From the NCBI RefSeq assembly GCF_000027325.1, contig NC_000908.2, positions 510,001 through 542,000 on the forward strand: DNA of 32,000 nt, read 5' to 3'. A model generated the notes under the pieces. That model did not search any database, was not told the DNA's origin, and saw nothing but the letters and a program-made list of their open reading frames with translations. The number at the start of each line of letters is the position of its first letter. Positions within the stretch are counted from its first letter, which is position 1. Below are positions 11,432 through 21,668 of the stretch, one piece after another. Source of the stretch: Mycoplasmoides genitalium G37 (GTDB taxonomy: Bacteria > Bacillota_I > Bacilli_A > Mycoplasmatales > Mycoplasmoidaceae). The position numbers and the translations under genes are program-made.

Positions 11432-11461
11432 ATAAATTAAATAAAACTTATTAAGTGACAG
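11432..11461 (-). promoter_or_regulatory. Candidate second sigma-20-type promoter: CTGTCA-N18-ATTTAT, 17 nt upstream of the MG415-like ATG
   Basis: The minus strand reads AAAAAAA-CTGTCA(11461..11456)-CTTAATAAGTTTTATTTA-ATTTAT(11437..11432)-GGAATATAAAGCTTATT-ATG(11414). There is one mismatch (first base of the -35) to the remembered consensus. The A-tract, 18-nt spacer and -10 hexamer are the same as the element upstream of the paralog. Confidence 0.45.
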
Positions 11462-11469
11462 TTTTTTTA

Positions 11470-11868
11470 CTAACGCTTAGTAAATTGTGGTGCACGTCTA
11501 GCACCATATAAACCAAATTTTTTGCGTTCCTTAGCACGCTTATCACGTGTTGTTAATTTTTTGGTTTTTAATAACTTTTTAAGATCTGGATTAAATTTTA
11601 TTAAAGCACGAACAATACCTAATCTAATGGCTCCTGCCTGCCCAGTAAATCCTCCACCTTTAACAACAACATTGATATCAAAGTTATCCTTAAGTTTGGT
11701 TAACTCTAAGGGTTGTTCCATATCTTGAATCACCAATTTATTTGGAAAATAATCGCTAGGATTACGATGATTAATGGTTATTTTACCCTTATCTTTGCTT
11801 TGATATAAATAAACTTTAGCAGTAGAAGATTTACGACGACCAAGTCCATAAAAAGATTTTTTATCCAT
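11470..11868 (-). CDS. rpsI: 30S ribosomal protein S9, 132 aa
   Basis: Track ORF 11470..11883 ends ...[14 protein letters not shown], typical of S9. I prefer ATG at 11866-11868 ([13 protein letters not shown]) over the track's TTG at 11881-11883, which lies inside the rplM tail. Stop is TAG at 11470-11472. Confidence 0.93.
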   Translation of the reverse strand: MDKKSFYGLGRRKSSTAKVYLYQSKDKGKITINHRNPSDYFPNKLVIQDMEQPLELTKLKDNFDINVVVKGGGFTGQAGAIRLGIVRALIKFNPDLKKLLKTKKLTTRDKRAKERKKFGLYGARRAPQFTKR

Positions 11869-11873
11869 ATCTT

Positions 11874-12314
11874 TTAACTTCAATTAAGTAATGTTGGTTT
11901 TTGTGCTTCCATGTTGTGCTTATCATTCTTAAAAACATGTACTTTAGTTATTAATCTTCTGCTTAAACGATTATCAGGTAACATTCCCTTAACAGCATTG
12001 AAAACAAGTTTATCTGAATTTTTGTTTATCATATCCCTTCCACTAGTTTTTTTAATTCCACCCATGTATTGAGAGTGATGATATCAAAACTCATTGTCTT
12101 TTTTATTTCCAGTTAAAACCACTTGATCACTGTTAATAATTATTAGATGATCTCCACAATCTTGATTAGGAGTAAAATTAGCTTTATTTTTTCCTCTAAT
12201 TAAATTTGCAGCTTTAACTGCTAATTTGCCTAAAACCAAACCACTAGCGTCAACAAGATACCACTTCCTGTTTTTAATGGCTTCTTCCTTTGTAAGCATC
12301 GATGTTTTTTGCAT
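11874..12314 (-). CDS. rplM: 50S ribosomal protein L13, 146 aa
   Basis: Fragments 11880..12065 and 12084..12365 share a frame and join via TGA. ATG at 12312-12314 ([23 protein letters not shown], typical L13 start). The apparent stop at 11880-11882 is TGA (Trp); the true stop is TAA at 11874-11876 (...PTLLNWS*). Confidence 0.92.
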
Positions 12315-12351
12315 ATATTTAGATACAAAACCGCATTCTATTTTAATATTA

Positions 12352-14145
12352 TTACTTTTCTTCAAAAAGTCCTTTAAAGTATTTATCCACCATTTTTTGT
12401 GATAAAGAGCGTTTCTTTTCTTTTAAAAAAGGCTTAGCTAAGTTTTCCAATTGGGTTAAGTTCAACACTTCAGTTTGATACTTTTGATTTTTTGTTTCTT
12501 CAGTAATTGTTGTTTTATATTGATGCTCACTAAAAGATGCTAAGAATAAATTTTGGTTAAAAATCTGAAATATAGTTGCTTGTACATTACCTTCTTCTAT
12601 TGCCTCTTTTCAAAGTCTCATAGCAATTTTTTGATCTTCAAATAAGATAACTATCCCAAATGAAGAAGCTTTTACTATTTTGGTTGCTTTCACTATATCA
12701 CGAGCACTATATTTGTCTATAAAGTTATTGAAATAACTTAAATTATTCTGTTTATCTTTATCATTAAATTTAGTTTGAAAAACACTTAAAAGATTTTGAA
12801 AATGATTAATTCATTTATTGTCATTAAATGCATTAATTGCAAGAGCAATATTGGCAAGATTTAGTTTGCTTGTATCTAAGAATTTGTTATTAGTAACTTC
12901 ATCATTTTTAGGTGTCTTTTCTGATTTATCTATAAAAGATTTTTCAAATAAAGAAAAGTGCTTTTGGTCTTGTTTGTGATTTGATTTTTTTATTTTTTTC
13001 TTTTCCAAATATTCAGTTTCTAAGTGTAGAGATTTTTCATTACTTGGTGAGCTTATTGTTAAAGGTTTTTGATTAAAAAATTCATTATAGCTAATAACAA
13101 TAGCTTTTAGCCTATCAATTAAAGTTAATTGACTTAAACCAAAATTAGTATTTTCTTCAATGGCCTTAATTAAAAACGCATAATGCTGCTTTTCAAAATT
13201 AAGTGTTTCTATCATTGTTTTTTCAGTTGAATCTAAAACATTAATATTTTTTAGTTTTGCATACGCATATAAATTAACTGTTAGCGCAAACAACTCTCTT
13301 AAGAAGTAAGTGAAATTTAGACCATTACTTTCAAAATCATCAAGCAAGTTAAATGCTTCTTTTATATCTCCTGATAAAACTGCTTTAATAAAAGTAAATT
13401 TTGCATTTCTATCAACGATATTAAATGTTTTTTCAACATCAGTAATACTAATTTTTTCACTATCAGAGAAATTGCTAATTTGATCTAGTAAGCTAAGCCC
13501 ATCACGCAATGAACCTTGGGATAAATCAGCAATTTTTATTAATGCATCTTTCTCTATCTTAATCTTTTCTTTTTTTGCTATATCATTTAATCTTTCAAGG
13601 ATTAAATCACTAGTTATTTTTTTAAAAAAGAAGCTTTGACATCTGGACAAAATTGTTAATGGAATCTTGTTAAATTCAGTAGTTGTAAAAATAAAAAGAA
13701 CATAAGGTGGTGATTCTTCTAAAGTTTTTAACAAGCCACCCCATGATTGGGTGGTTAACATGTGTGCTTCATCTAAAATATAAACCTTTTTTTTAAATGT
13801 GAAGGGATGATTGAAAACATTTTCTACCAACTCTCTAATATCATTAATACCATTTTTAGAAGCTGCATCTATCTCAACTATATCAATGGCACTATTAGTG
13901 TTAATACTTTTACACACATCACAACTATTACAAACATCAATTTGATCTCAATTTAAGCAGTTTATCGCTTTTGCTATTATCTTTGCAAAAGTAGTTTTAC
14001 CTGTTCCTCTTTCACCTGAAAAGATATAACCATTAGGTAGTTTATCCCTGTTAATAGCATTCACCAAGATTTTTCTTATCGATTCTTGTCCTAGGGTTTG
14101 TTTGAAATTGATTGGCCGATATTTTTGATAAAAAACTTGGTGCAT
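12352..14145 (-). CDS. dnaX: DNA polymerase III subunit gamma/tau, 597 aa
   Basis: Fragments 12811..13917 and 13948..14145 share a frame. Walker [10 protein letters not shown], Zn-module Cys cluster [16 protein letters not shown], Walker B ILDEAHML, sensor motif SRC. I checked 12352-12810 codon by codon with no TAA or TAG until TAA at 12352-12354. ATG 14143-14145. Confidence 0.93.
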
Positions 14146-14150
14146 AATTT

Positions 14151-17015
14151 TTAAATTGAATCTGGTTTTAAAATTTTGGACAAATATTGGGCAGTATAAG
14201 ATTTATTAACTTGGTTTATAAGTTGTTCAGGTGTTCCTTGAGCAACAATTTGACCACCATTGTCACCACCTTCAGGACCTAAATCAATGATATAGTCAGC
14301 AACCTTAATAATATCTAAGTTATGTTCTATAACAACTACTGTATCACCATTCTTAATGATTCTTTGAATTATTGTTAATAGTTTGTTTATATCTTCTAAA
14401 TGTAAGCCAGTAGAGGGTTCATCTAAAACAAACAAAGTTTTACCAGTAGATTTTTTTTGTAAAAACTTAGATAACTTAATTCTCTGTGCTTCCCCACCTG
14501 AAAGAAAAGTGACATTAATACCTAATTGCAAATATTCTAAACCAACATCACATAACAACCTTAGTTTACGTGATATATTTGGGATAGCTTTAAAAAATTC
14601 ATAAGCTTCTTTACAAGACATTTGTAAAACATCAAAAATTGATTTTCCCAAATATTTAATTTCCAGTGTTTGTGAATTGTACTTCTTGCCATTACATACT
14701 TCACATTTGACATAAACATCAGGTAAAAAATGCATTTCAATGCGAATCACACCATCACCAAAACACTTATCACACCTACCACCTGGAACATTAAAAGAAA
14801 ATCGTGAATTTGTATATCCTCTTGCTTTAGCTTCTTTTGTGTTGGCAAATAAATCACGAATATCATCAAAAACACTAATATAGGTTGCAGGATTAGAACG
14901 TGGTGTTCTACCAATTGGGTCTTGAGAGACAACAATTATCTTATCAATGTTGTTAGCACCAATTATTTCCTTATATGTATCTTTTTTAACACCTTTACGA
15001 TAAAGAATTCTTTCTAAAGCTGGAACTAATGTTTGATTAATTAAAGAGGATTTTCCAGAACCTGAAACCCCTGTTATCAAAACCAATTTATTTAAAGGAA
15101 TGGTGACATTAATATTTTTCAAATTATTAACTTTAGCACCCTTGATAATAATTGTTTTACCATTACCACTATGTCTATTTTTTGGAATGGAGATTTGTTT
15201 TTTACCACTAAGATATTGTCCAGTAATTGAGTTTGAGTTTTCCATTACTTGTAAAGGTGTACCGCAAGCAACTAATTCACCACCTTCATTACCTGCTTTA
15301 GGACCAATATCAATTAAATAATCTGCCGCTAACATTGTTTCACTGTCATGCTCAACTACTAATAAGGTGTTACCTAAATCACGCATTACCATCATTGTTT
15401 TAATTAAACGCATATTGTCTTTTTGATGCAATCCAATAGAAGGTTCATCCATTACATATAAAACACCAGTAAGTTGAGAACCAATTTGGGTAGCTAATCT
15501 AATTCTTTGTGCTTCTCCACCTGACAGCGTAGAAGCTCTTCTTGCAAGATTAAGATAATCTAAACCAACATTTTTAAGAAAAGAAAGACGATTAATAATC
15601 TCTTTTAAAGCTAATTCACCGATCTTCTTTTGCTCATCATTTAACTCTAGTTTTAATAGAAAATCAATACTTTTATCAATGGAAAGTTCAGTAAAGCTAA
15701 TAATGTCAATTCCTCCTAACTTAACACTTAAAGCGTCTTTTATTAATTTTTTTCCATGACACTTTTTACATGTTATTTCAGACATGTATGCAGAATATCA
15801 TTCTCTACTTACTTGGCTGTTTGTTTCTAGGTGTCTTCTTTTAATTAAATTAGCTATCCCTTCATAATGCTCAAAGCGGATATTCTTAGCACCTGAATTG
15901 GAAATTGTTTTTATTTCAATAGGTTCATCACTTCCTTCTAAAATTAAATTAAGTTGTGACTTATCTAACTGTTCAATTGGTTTATCTAATGGAATTTTAT
16001 AGTGATTAACTAAAGATAAAAAGCGCTGTCAATCCAAAGAAGTTCCATGCACAATATTTTTAAAAATATCAATGGCTCCTTGGTTAATAGAAAGTTTAGA
16101 ATCAGCAATTATCTTGTCTACATCAGGTTCATAACTAAAACCAAGTCCTTTGCAATATGAACATGAACCTAAAGGGGAGTTAAAGGAAAATAATCTTGGT
16201 TCCAATTCACTAATAGAAAAACCACATTTATCACAACCATGATTTTTGCTGAAATTTAATATTGTTCCATCTTCCTTAAGAACTTCTATCTTGCCATTAG
16301 TTAACCTATCAATGGTTTCAATGCTATCAACTATCCTTGAATAAGTTTGATTATCTTTATTGATGATAATTCTATCGATCACTACACTAATGTTGTGTTT
16401 AGTATTTTTATCAAGTTTAATTTCATCATCTAAGGTGTAAATCTGGCCATCAACTAAGACTCTAAGAAAACCTAATTGCTTGTATTTAATAAATTCATTT
16501 GTAAAAATGCCGCGCTGATTTTTAACAGTAGGTGCTAATAATTGCACCTTTGATTTATTAGGTAAATCAAAAATCTGATTAGCAATTTGGTTAATTGTTT
16601 GCGTTTGAATAGAACCATGACCATTAGGACAATAAGGGGTCCCAATTCTAGCTCATAAAAGTCTTAGATAATCATAGATCTCAGTTACTGTACCCACAGT
16701 TGAACGTGGGTTATGTGAAGTGGTTTTTTGATCAATGGAAATTGCTGGTGATAATCCTTCTATAAGATCAACATCAGGTTTATCACTGTTACCTAAAAAT
16801 TGGCGTGCATAAGAAGATAGAGACTCTAAATATCTTCTTCTCCCCTCAGCATAAATTGTGTTAAATGCTAAGGAAGATTTACCTGATCCTGATAGACCAG
16901 TAATAACAACAAATTGATTTTTAGGGATATCAATGTTAATGTTTTTAAGGTTATTTTCTCTAGCACCTTTAACCCTTATAAAATCATTATTTTTTCATTC
17001 CGGTTTCAAAGTCAA
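14151..17015 (-). CDS. uvrA: Excinuclease ABC subunit A (UvrA), ~954 aa; start codon uncertain
   Basis: Fragments 14151..15785 and 16029..16547 plus the upstream region share a frame, joined by TGA at 15798, 16029, 16653 and 16995. N-terminal [37 protein letters not shown], two ABC signatures LSGGEAQR, and Zn-finger cysteines. No ATG exists in the open frame upstream (TAG at 17040-17042). Candidate starts are TTG at 17013-17015 (gives 954 aa) or TTG at 17007-17009. Confidence 0.9.
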
Positions 17016-19494
17016 TGTTTTTAATTGAAAAATTTTTAACTAACTTATTATTAGGATCATTGAAAATAAGCGCAATACCTTGTTTATTTTGATATGAGAT
17101 CAAAAGTCCACGAATGAAATTATAAGCGTGGTTAGTGAAATCATTGCAGCAGTTTATCATTAGTAACTTAGGATTTAACAAAAGTTTAAATAGCAAGTAA
17201 AGCTTTAGACTTTCATTTTTGTTAATTTTGTTTAAATCACTAAATAACATTCAGCTGCTAATACCATTCTTTTTGGTTTGATTTATCAATAAATTAATGT
17301 TGTTAATAAAGTTAAGTTTTTTAAGATTTTTTTGTGATCTTAAAAAGAAATTAATTGTTTTTAATTGTGAATTCAAAACATTAAGATAAAGCTTATTTGA
17401 AGCTTCTAAACGATTGATATTGCACTCTTCTGAATCAATAAAAAAAGTTCTCTTAATTTTCTTGTTTGTTTTTTTAAGTCTTAAGTGCAATGTTTTGTTT
17501 AAAATACAATATCTTTTCATGATGAATTTAATCTTTTGTAACTTTTGATTTGTTTCATCGCGAAAAATTCACTTAACTAAATTAATGTCTTTTAAAAGTA
17601 ATTTGTATTTTTGTTTGCATTTTTTTAGCTTTTGTTTTAGATCATTCTTGGTTTCTTTATTTGTTGTATCTGTTGTTGAAGAAAAACCGCGTGATGCTAA
17701 CAGGAAACTAACAGGGGTTTCAAAATTTAGATCTAAATATTTATTAATAACTTTGTCAACTAGAAAATTTCACTTTGGGGAGTTTAAATCATTTTTTAAC
17801 TTATCTTTTAGCAAACTAAAATGTGGTTCACTACGTCCTTCATTTCAAATAAAATCATTAGAACCACAACTTAAAAACTCATATTTATTAAAGAATTGTT
17901 GAAATTTTTTACTTAGGCTATTTCAAAGTGAAATAAGAACAAAATACAAGTTATTTAACTCATATTTTTGTCAGTTAATTTTTTGATAATTAGCTAATAA
18001 GCTTTCATAAAAATATTGCTTTATTTGAAATGCAAAGTTAAAAGTCTCCAAACTTTTTCTCATGCTGATTAAACCAATTGCATATTGCACTGTATCAATA
18101 AACTGTTTGAAAACTGTTTTTTGGATTAGAACTGAAAAACTGTTATTATGCTTACCTCTATAATGATTTTGATTTAATAAGATGTTTTCTTTTAGTTCAT
18201 TAACCAATTTTTCATGAACATACAAATTGTTTGATTGTTTAACAAAATTTTTAATAAAAGATAAACGTGCTTTGATCAAAAATTCATGAACCTCTTTTTT
18301 CGTTAGAATGAAACGTGCAGACATTATTTTAAGTTCTTGATTAATTGTCTGGTACTTTCAGTTCAAATTAGGACCTGATTTTAAGCTGATAATTTCTTGA
18401 TAAAGATTTTGAATATTAGCAAAGATTTTATTGACTAAATTAATACTTTCATCAATAGTTTCTACAAGTAATTTTGGAGAAAGTAAATCCATTTTCTTAA
18501 TTTCTTTCAAAAGTAAAATTCTTGTTTTAATCCGCTTAGATACAATCTTTTTTTCTAAAATTCTTTTTCTATAAAAATTAAAAAAACTTCTTCACTTAAT
18601 CTTTCAACCACTAAAAATTAAAGAAAAGGTGAATGAATTAATTAATTGCAAAGCATTTTTATGTTGTTTTGAGAATGTTTTCTTAGCATCAAAAAGTCTT
18701 TGTTTAGCTCTTTCAATTTGCAATTTTTCAAAATAACTGTTATCTCGTGATTTAGCTTCATAAGCAGCTATTTTCAGTTTGTTTTTTAAGTTATTTTTTT
18801 GTTCGTTCAATGCATAGTAACGCTCAAAAAAACTTTTTATTACTTTGTTATTAAAAGTAAATAATTGATTGAAAAACATGCAATTAAAATCAACAAGTTC
18901 TCTTTCGTTTTTTTCAATTAAAGTTAAAAAATTATTGTATTCAAAATCAACTTGTTCAAAGTAGATTGAATTAATAAATTTTGATGTAAAAAACTGATTA
19001 ATGACTTTACTAGTTTTTTGATTAACATTTTCAATTTTCAAAATTGAAAACCTAAATAAATCATTAAGCGCATTAAAACCTAAAAATCACTTTAACTGTT
19101 TAGGTATATTCACTAAATTAAAGTAATTTTGATCTTTTTTATAACTTAAATCTTGTTTTAGAAAAATGCTAAATGAATTAGGAAATAACCACTTATTTTT
19201 ATTTCTTAAATCTATCTCTTCACATAAATTAAACTTAATTTTTTGAAGCGGTAAATATTGATGGTTATTAACAAGCAAAAACCCAGAATAGGGTTGTTTA
19301 TTTAACTGTAAAACTTGTGAAAGGGTTTTTCATTGTGCTTGATTTAAATTATCAATGAGATAGTTACCATACTTAAATAATGATAGCTTTGCAACCCCAA
19401 AATAGTTAGCATCTAAAAAGGAGGTACGAATCATTAATAATGACAAATCAACCCACTGTTCTAGATTATCAAAAAGAGATATTTTCTTTAGCAT
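16987..19494 (-). CDS. MG_422: Large Lys/Asn/Phe-rich hypothetical protein (MG422-like), 835 aa
   Basis: Five track fragments (16987..17250, 17251..17520, 17971..18324, 18604..19041, 19087..19278) share one frame. I translated all gaps and found only TGA. ATG 19492-19494 is the first ATG after TAG at 19516-19518; TAA at 16987-16989. I recognise no confident domain. Confidence 0.75.
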
Positions 19495-19531
19495 GTACCT
19501 TTCAAATTTTAATTGCTAATCTTTAAGGTAC

Positions 19532-21217
19532 TTAAATAGAAATAATAGTTGAAAGAATTAAGGGTGCTTTTGATGTCATCTTGGTGAATAAATTCATTAC
19601 TGCTCGTTTAATAGAAACCTTCAATTCTTTTGAAATTTCTTTACCTATTCGTTTTTTAATCGTGGTGAAATCCTTAATATCATTAATTTGTTTTTTAATT
19701 AATTCTTCCATTTTTGTTTTTAGTTTATCTTTTTCTGGTACATCTAAAGATACTCCTAAAAAAGAATAAGTTATCTCATTTAAGAATTCACTCTTTTTTT
19801 GATCAAAATAAATGATTATGATCACAACTCCAGATTCTGACATTTGATCACGTTCAAACATAATGCTAGCTCCAATTTCTTGTAATCCAGCAGAATCAAC
19901 ACACTTAGGATTTAATTTCAATTCATTTTTTTTGCTATCTAGTTTTTTGTTTTCAATAGTTAAAACTTCACCGTTAAAAAGAATTAAGATTTGATTTTGC
20001 TCAGCGCCAGCTTGTTTTAAAACCATTGTGAAGTTTATAAAATCCCTATAAAGTCCACCAGTTGGAATAATATATTTTGGTTTTAAAGAACTAACTAAAA
20101 ACTTCATATCTTCATCACTTGCTTGGATAGAAAGGATTTCTCTACCTAAGTTGTAATAACTAACTTCATTACGTGCAATATCATCAAGGATTTGTGCTTC
20201 TATCTCTTCATAGCCAGCAACTTTAGGAGTCATAAAGATAAAAGTATCACTCTTACGATAACGAATTCTTTCATCTTCGTTCATTCCAATTTTGAATAAT
20301 TTAGCATACAACTTATCAGGTGGTGAGGTGAGAACAACAATACTGTTGGTTGAATTGTTAATCTCCTCAATAGAAATGGTATTTAAATGCGTGTTATTAA
20401 ACAATTTTTGACGCACAATTGTGTTAAAGAGATGCACAAATGATTGTGAATAGATAATAAAAGGACGATTTTGCATCCTTGCAATCTGGGCAAGAGTCAT
20501 AACACTGTAAGCATTTGAATCATAACAAGCTACAAATATTCTGCCTTTGGCTGGAGTTATGATCCTGTTTAACTGTTCTAATGACTTGTGTTTAGGTGTT
20601 GTAAAACCACTGTTTCTACCAACTAAACCAACTCCTGTTATTAATAACAATGTATTGTCAGAAAGTTTAGGGATAATTTGATTTAGTTGATTTTCAAAAG
20701 CAATGTTCTTATCATTTAAAACAATGAAATCATCAATAAAAACGATGTAACCATTATCAGTATTTAAAGCAAATCCAAATGATGATGGTAAAGAACTTGA
20801 TACTTTAAAAGGGGTAATAGAATGATTAGAAATTTCGATTGTTTCAAGTGGTTTTAATTCATGAATTTCCAATTTATCACGTGCAATATTAAGTTTGTTT
20901 TCATTAATTTTGCTTTTAATTATAGAAGCGCCTATTGAACTTGTGTAAATAGGAAAAAATCCTACTGTATGGAACAAAAATTCTAATGATCCTAAGTTTT
21001 CAGTAATGGCATTACCTATAAAAATACCTTTAACTCTTGCTTGATTTTCTTGAATTCAACTAAAATCAGGAATAATTTTTTTAACACCTAAAACTGCTGT
21101 TGTTGGTGTTAAGCTACCAACATTAAAGATAAACACATCATTGTCAATTTCAAGCACATAGCAATTTTTACCACGTTCATCTTGACCGCCGAGCGCAAAG
21201 AATTTAATCTTAGCCAT
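19532..21217 (-). CDS. RNase J-family (metallo-beta-lactamase/beta-CASP) paralog with substituted catalytic motifs (MG423-like), 561 aa
   Basis: Track ORF 19532..20977 extends upstream through TGA (21056-21058) to ATG 21215-21217. The N-terminus MAKIKFFALGGQDERGKNCYVLEIDNDVFIFNVG...VKGIFIGNAITENLGSLEFLF aligns to the RNase J N-terminus (ALGG..E.GKN.Y......D......DAG...KG.F.THGHEDHIG). Confidence 0.85.
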
Positions 21218-21219
21218 TT

Positions 21220-21480
21220 TTAACCCCGGAGGTTTAAATTTTTAATCAAATCACGGTAGGTTTCAATATTACGTTCTTTTAGATATTTAAGTAGCCGTTT
21301 TCTTTTTGATACCTTTGTATATAAACCACGCTTAGAAATAAAATCCTTTTTGTTTGCTAACAGGTGGTCTGTTAATTTTTTAATCTGATCTGTTAATATA
21401 GAGATTTGTACTTGCACACTGCCAACATCGTTTTTGTGAAGTTGATGAGCCTTAATGATTTGTTCTTTATCAATTTTCAT
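21220..21480 (-). CDS. rpsO: 30S ribosomal protein S15, 86 aa
   Basis: Intact track ORF MKIDKEQIIKAHQLHKNDVGSVQVQISILTDQIKKLTDHL...KRKRLLKYLK, typical S15. The stop TAA at 21220-21222 lies two bases from the downstream ATG. Confidence 0.95.
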   Translation of the reverse strand: MKIDKEQIIKAHQLHKNDVGSVQVQISILTDQIKKLTDHLLANKKDFISKRGLYTKVSKRKRLLKYLKERNIETYRDLIKNLNLRG

Positions 21481-21609
21481 TAATTAATAAACACGTTGAA
21501 TTATAACAAAATTAGAAAACGGCTCATTGCCAAGGTTAGAAGTAATAAATTCTCCTACTTACTTATTACTTATAATAAATATAGTTTTTATTTTTATTAA
21601 TAAATTCTC

Positions 21610-21627
21610 TCGATATTTTCGATATTT
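21610..21627. repeat. Perfect tandem duplication TCGATATTT x2 in the rpsO/helicase divergent intergenic region
   Basis: Read directly: 21610-21618 and 21619-21627 are identical. CG dinucleotides are rare here. The repeat lies 42 nt upstream of the helicase ATG. A 12-mer TAATAAATTCTC also occurs twice (21543-21554 and 21598-21609). Confidence 0.5.
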
Positions 21628-21668
21628 AAATCTATACATCTAAACAAATTAACAAAGCCATTTAACTT

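Noticed and set aside
11869-11883. Longer N-termini proposed by the ORF track: rpsI from TTG 11883, tpiA from TTG 28315, rplM from 12365, MG415/MG414 fragments from TTG/GTG.
   Set aside because: The track treats any TTG or GTG as Met. For these genes an ATG slightly downstream gives the conserved family N-terminus and the protein length I remember (132, 244 and 146 aa). The internal fragment starts are simply the first alternative start after a TGA.
12975-13005. A-rich slippery-looking runs in dnaX: GAA AAG AAA AAA ATA AAA AAA TCA on the minus strand at about 12980-13003, and A8 at 13787-13794. These could be a tau/gamma programmed frameshift site as in E. coli.
   Set aside because: A -1 shift at 12980-13003 would run ~18 codons before a stop, and I see no downstream stem-loop. 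The A8 run sits in the Walker B region, where a frameshift would only destroy the protein. Lys-rich AT-biased coding explains the runs. This is not supportable from sequence alone.
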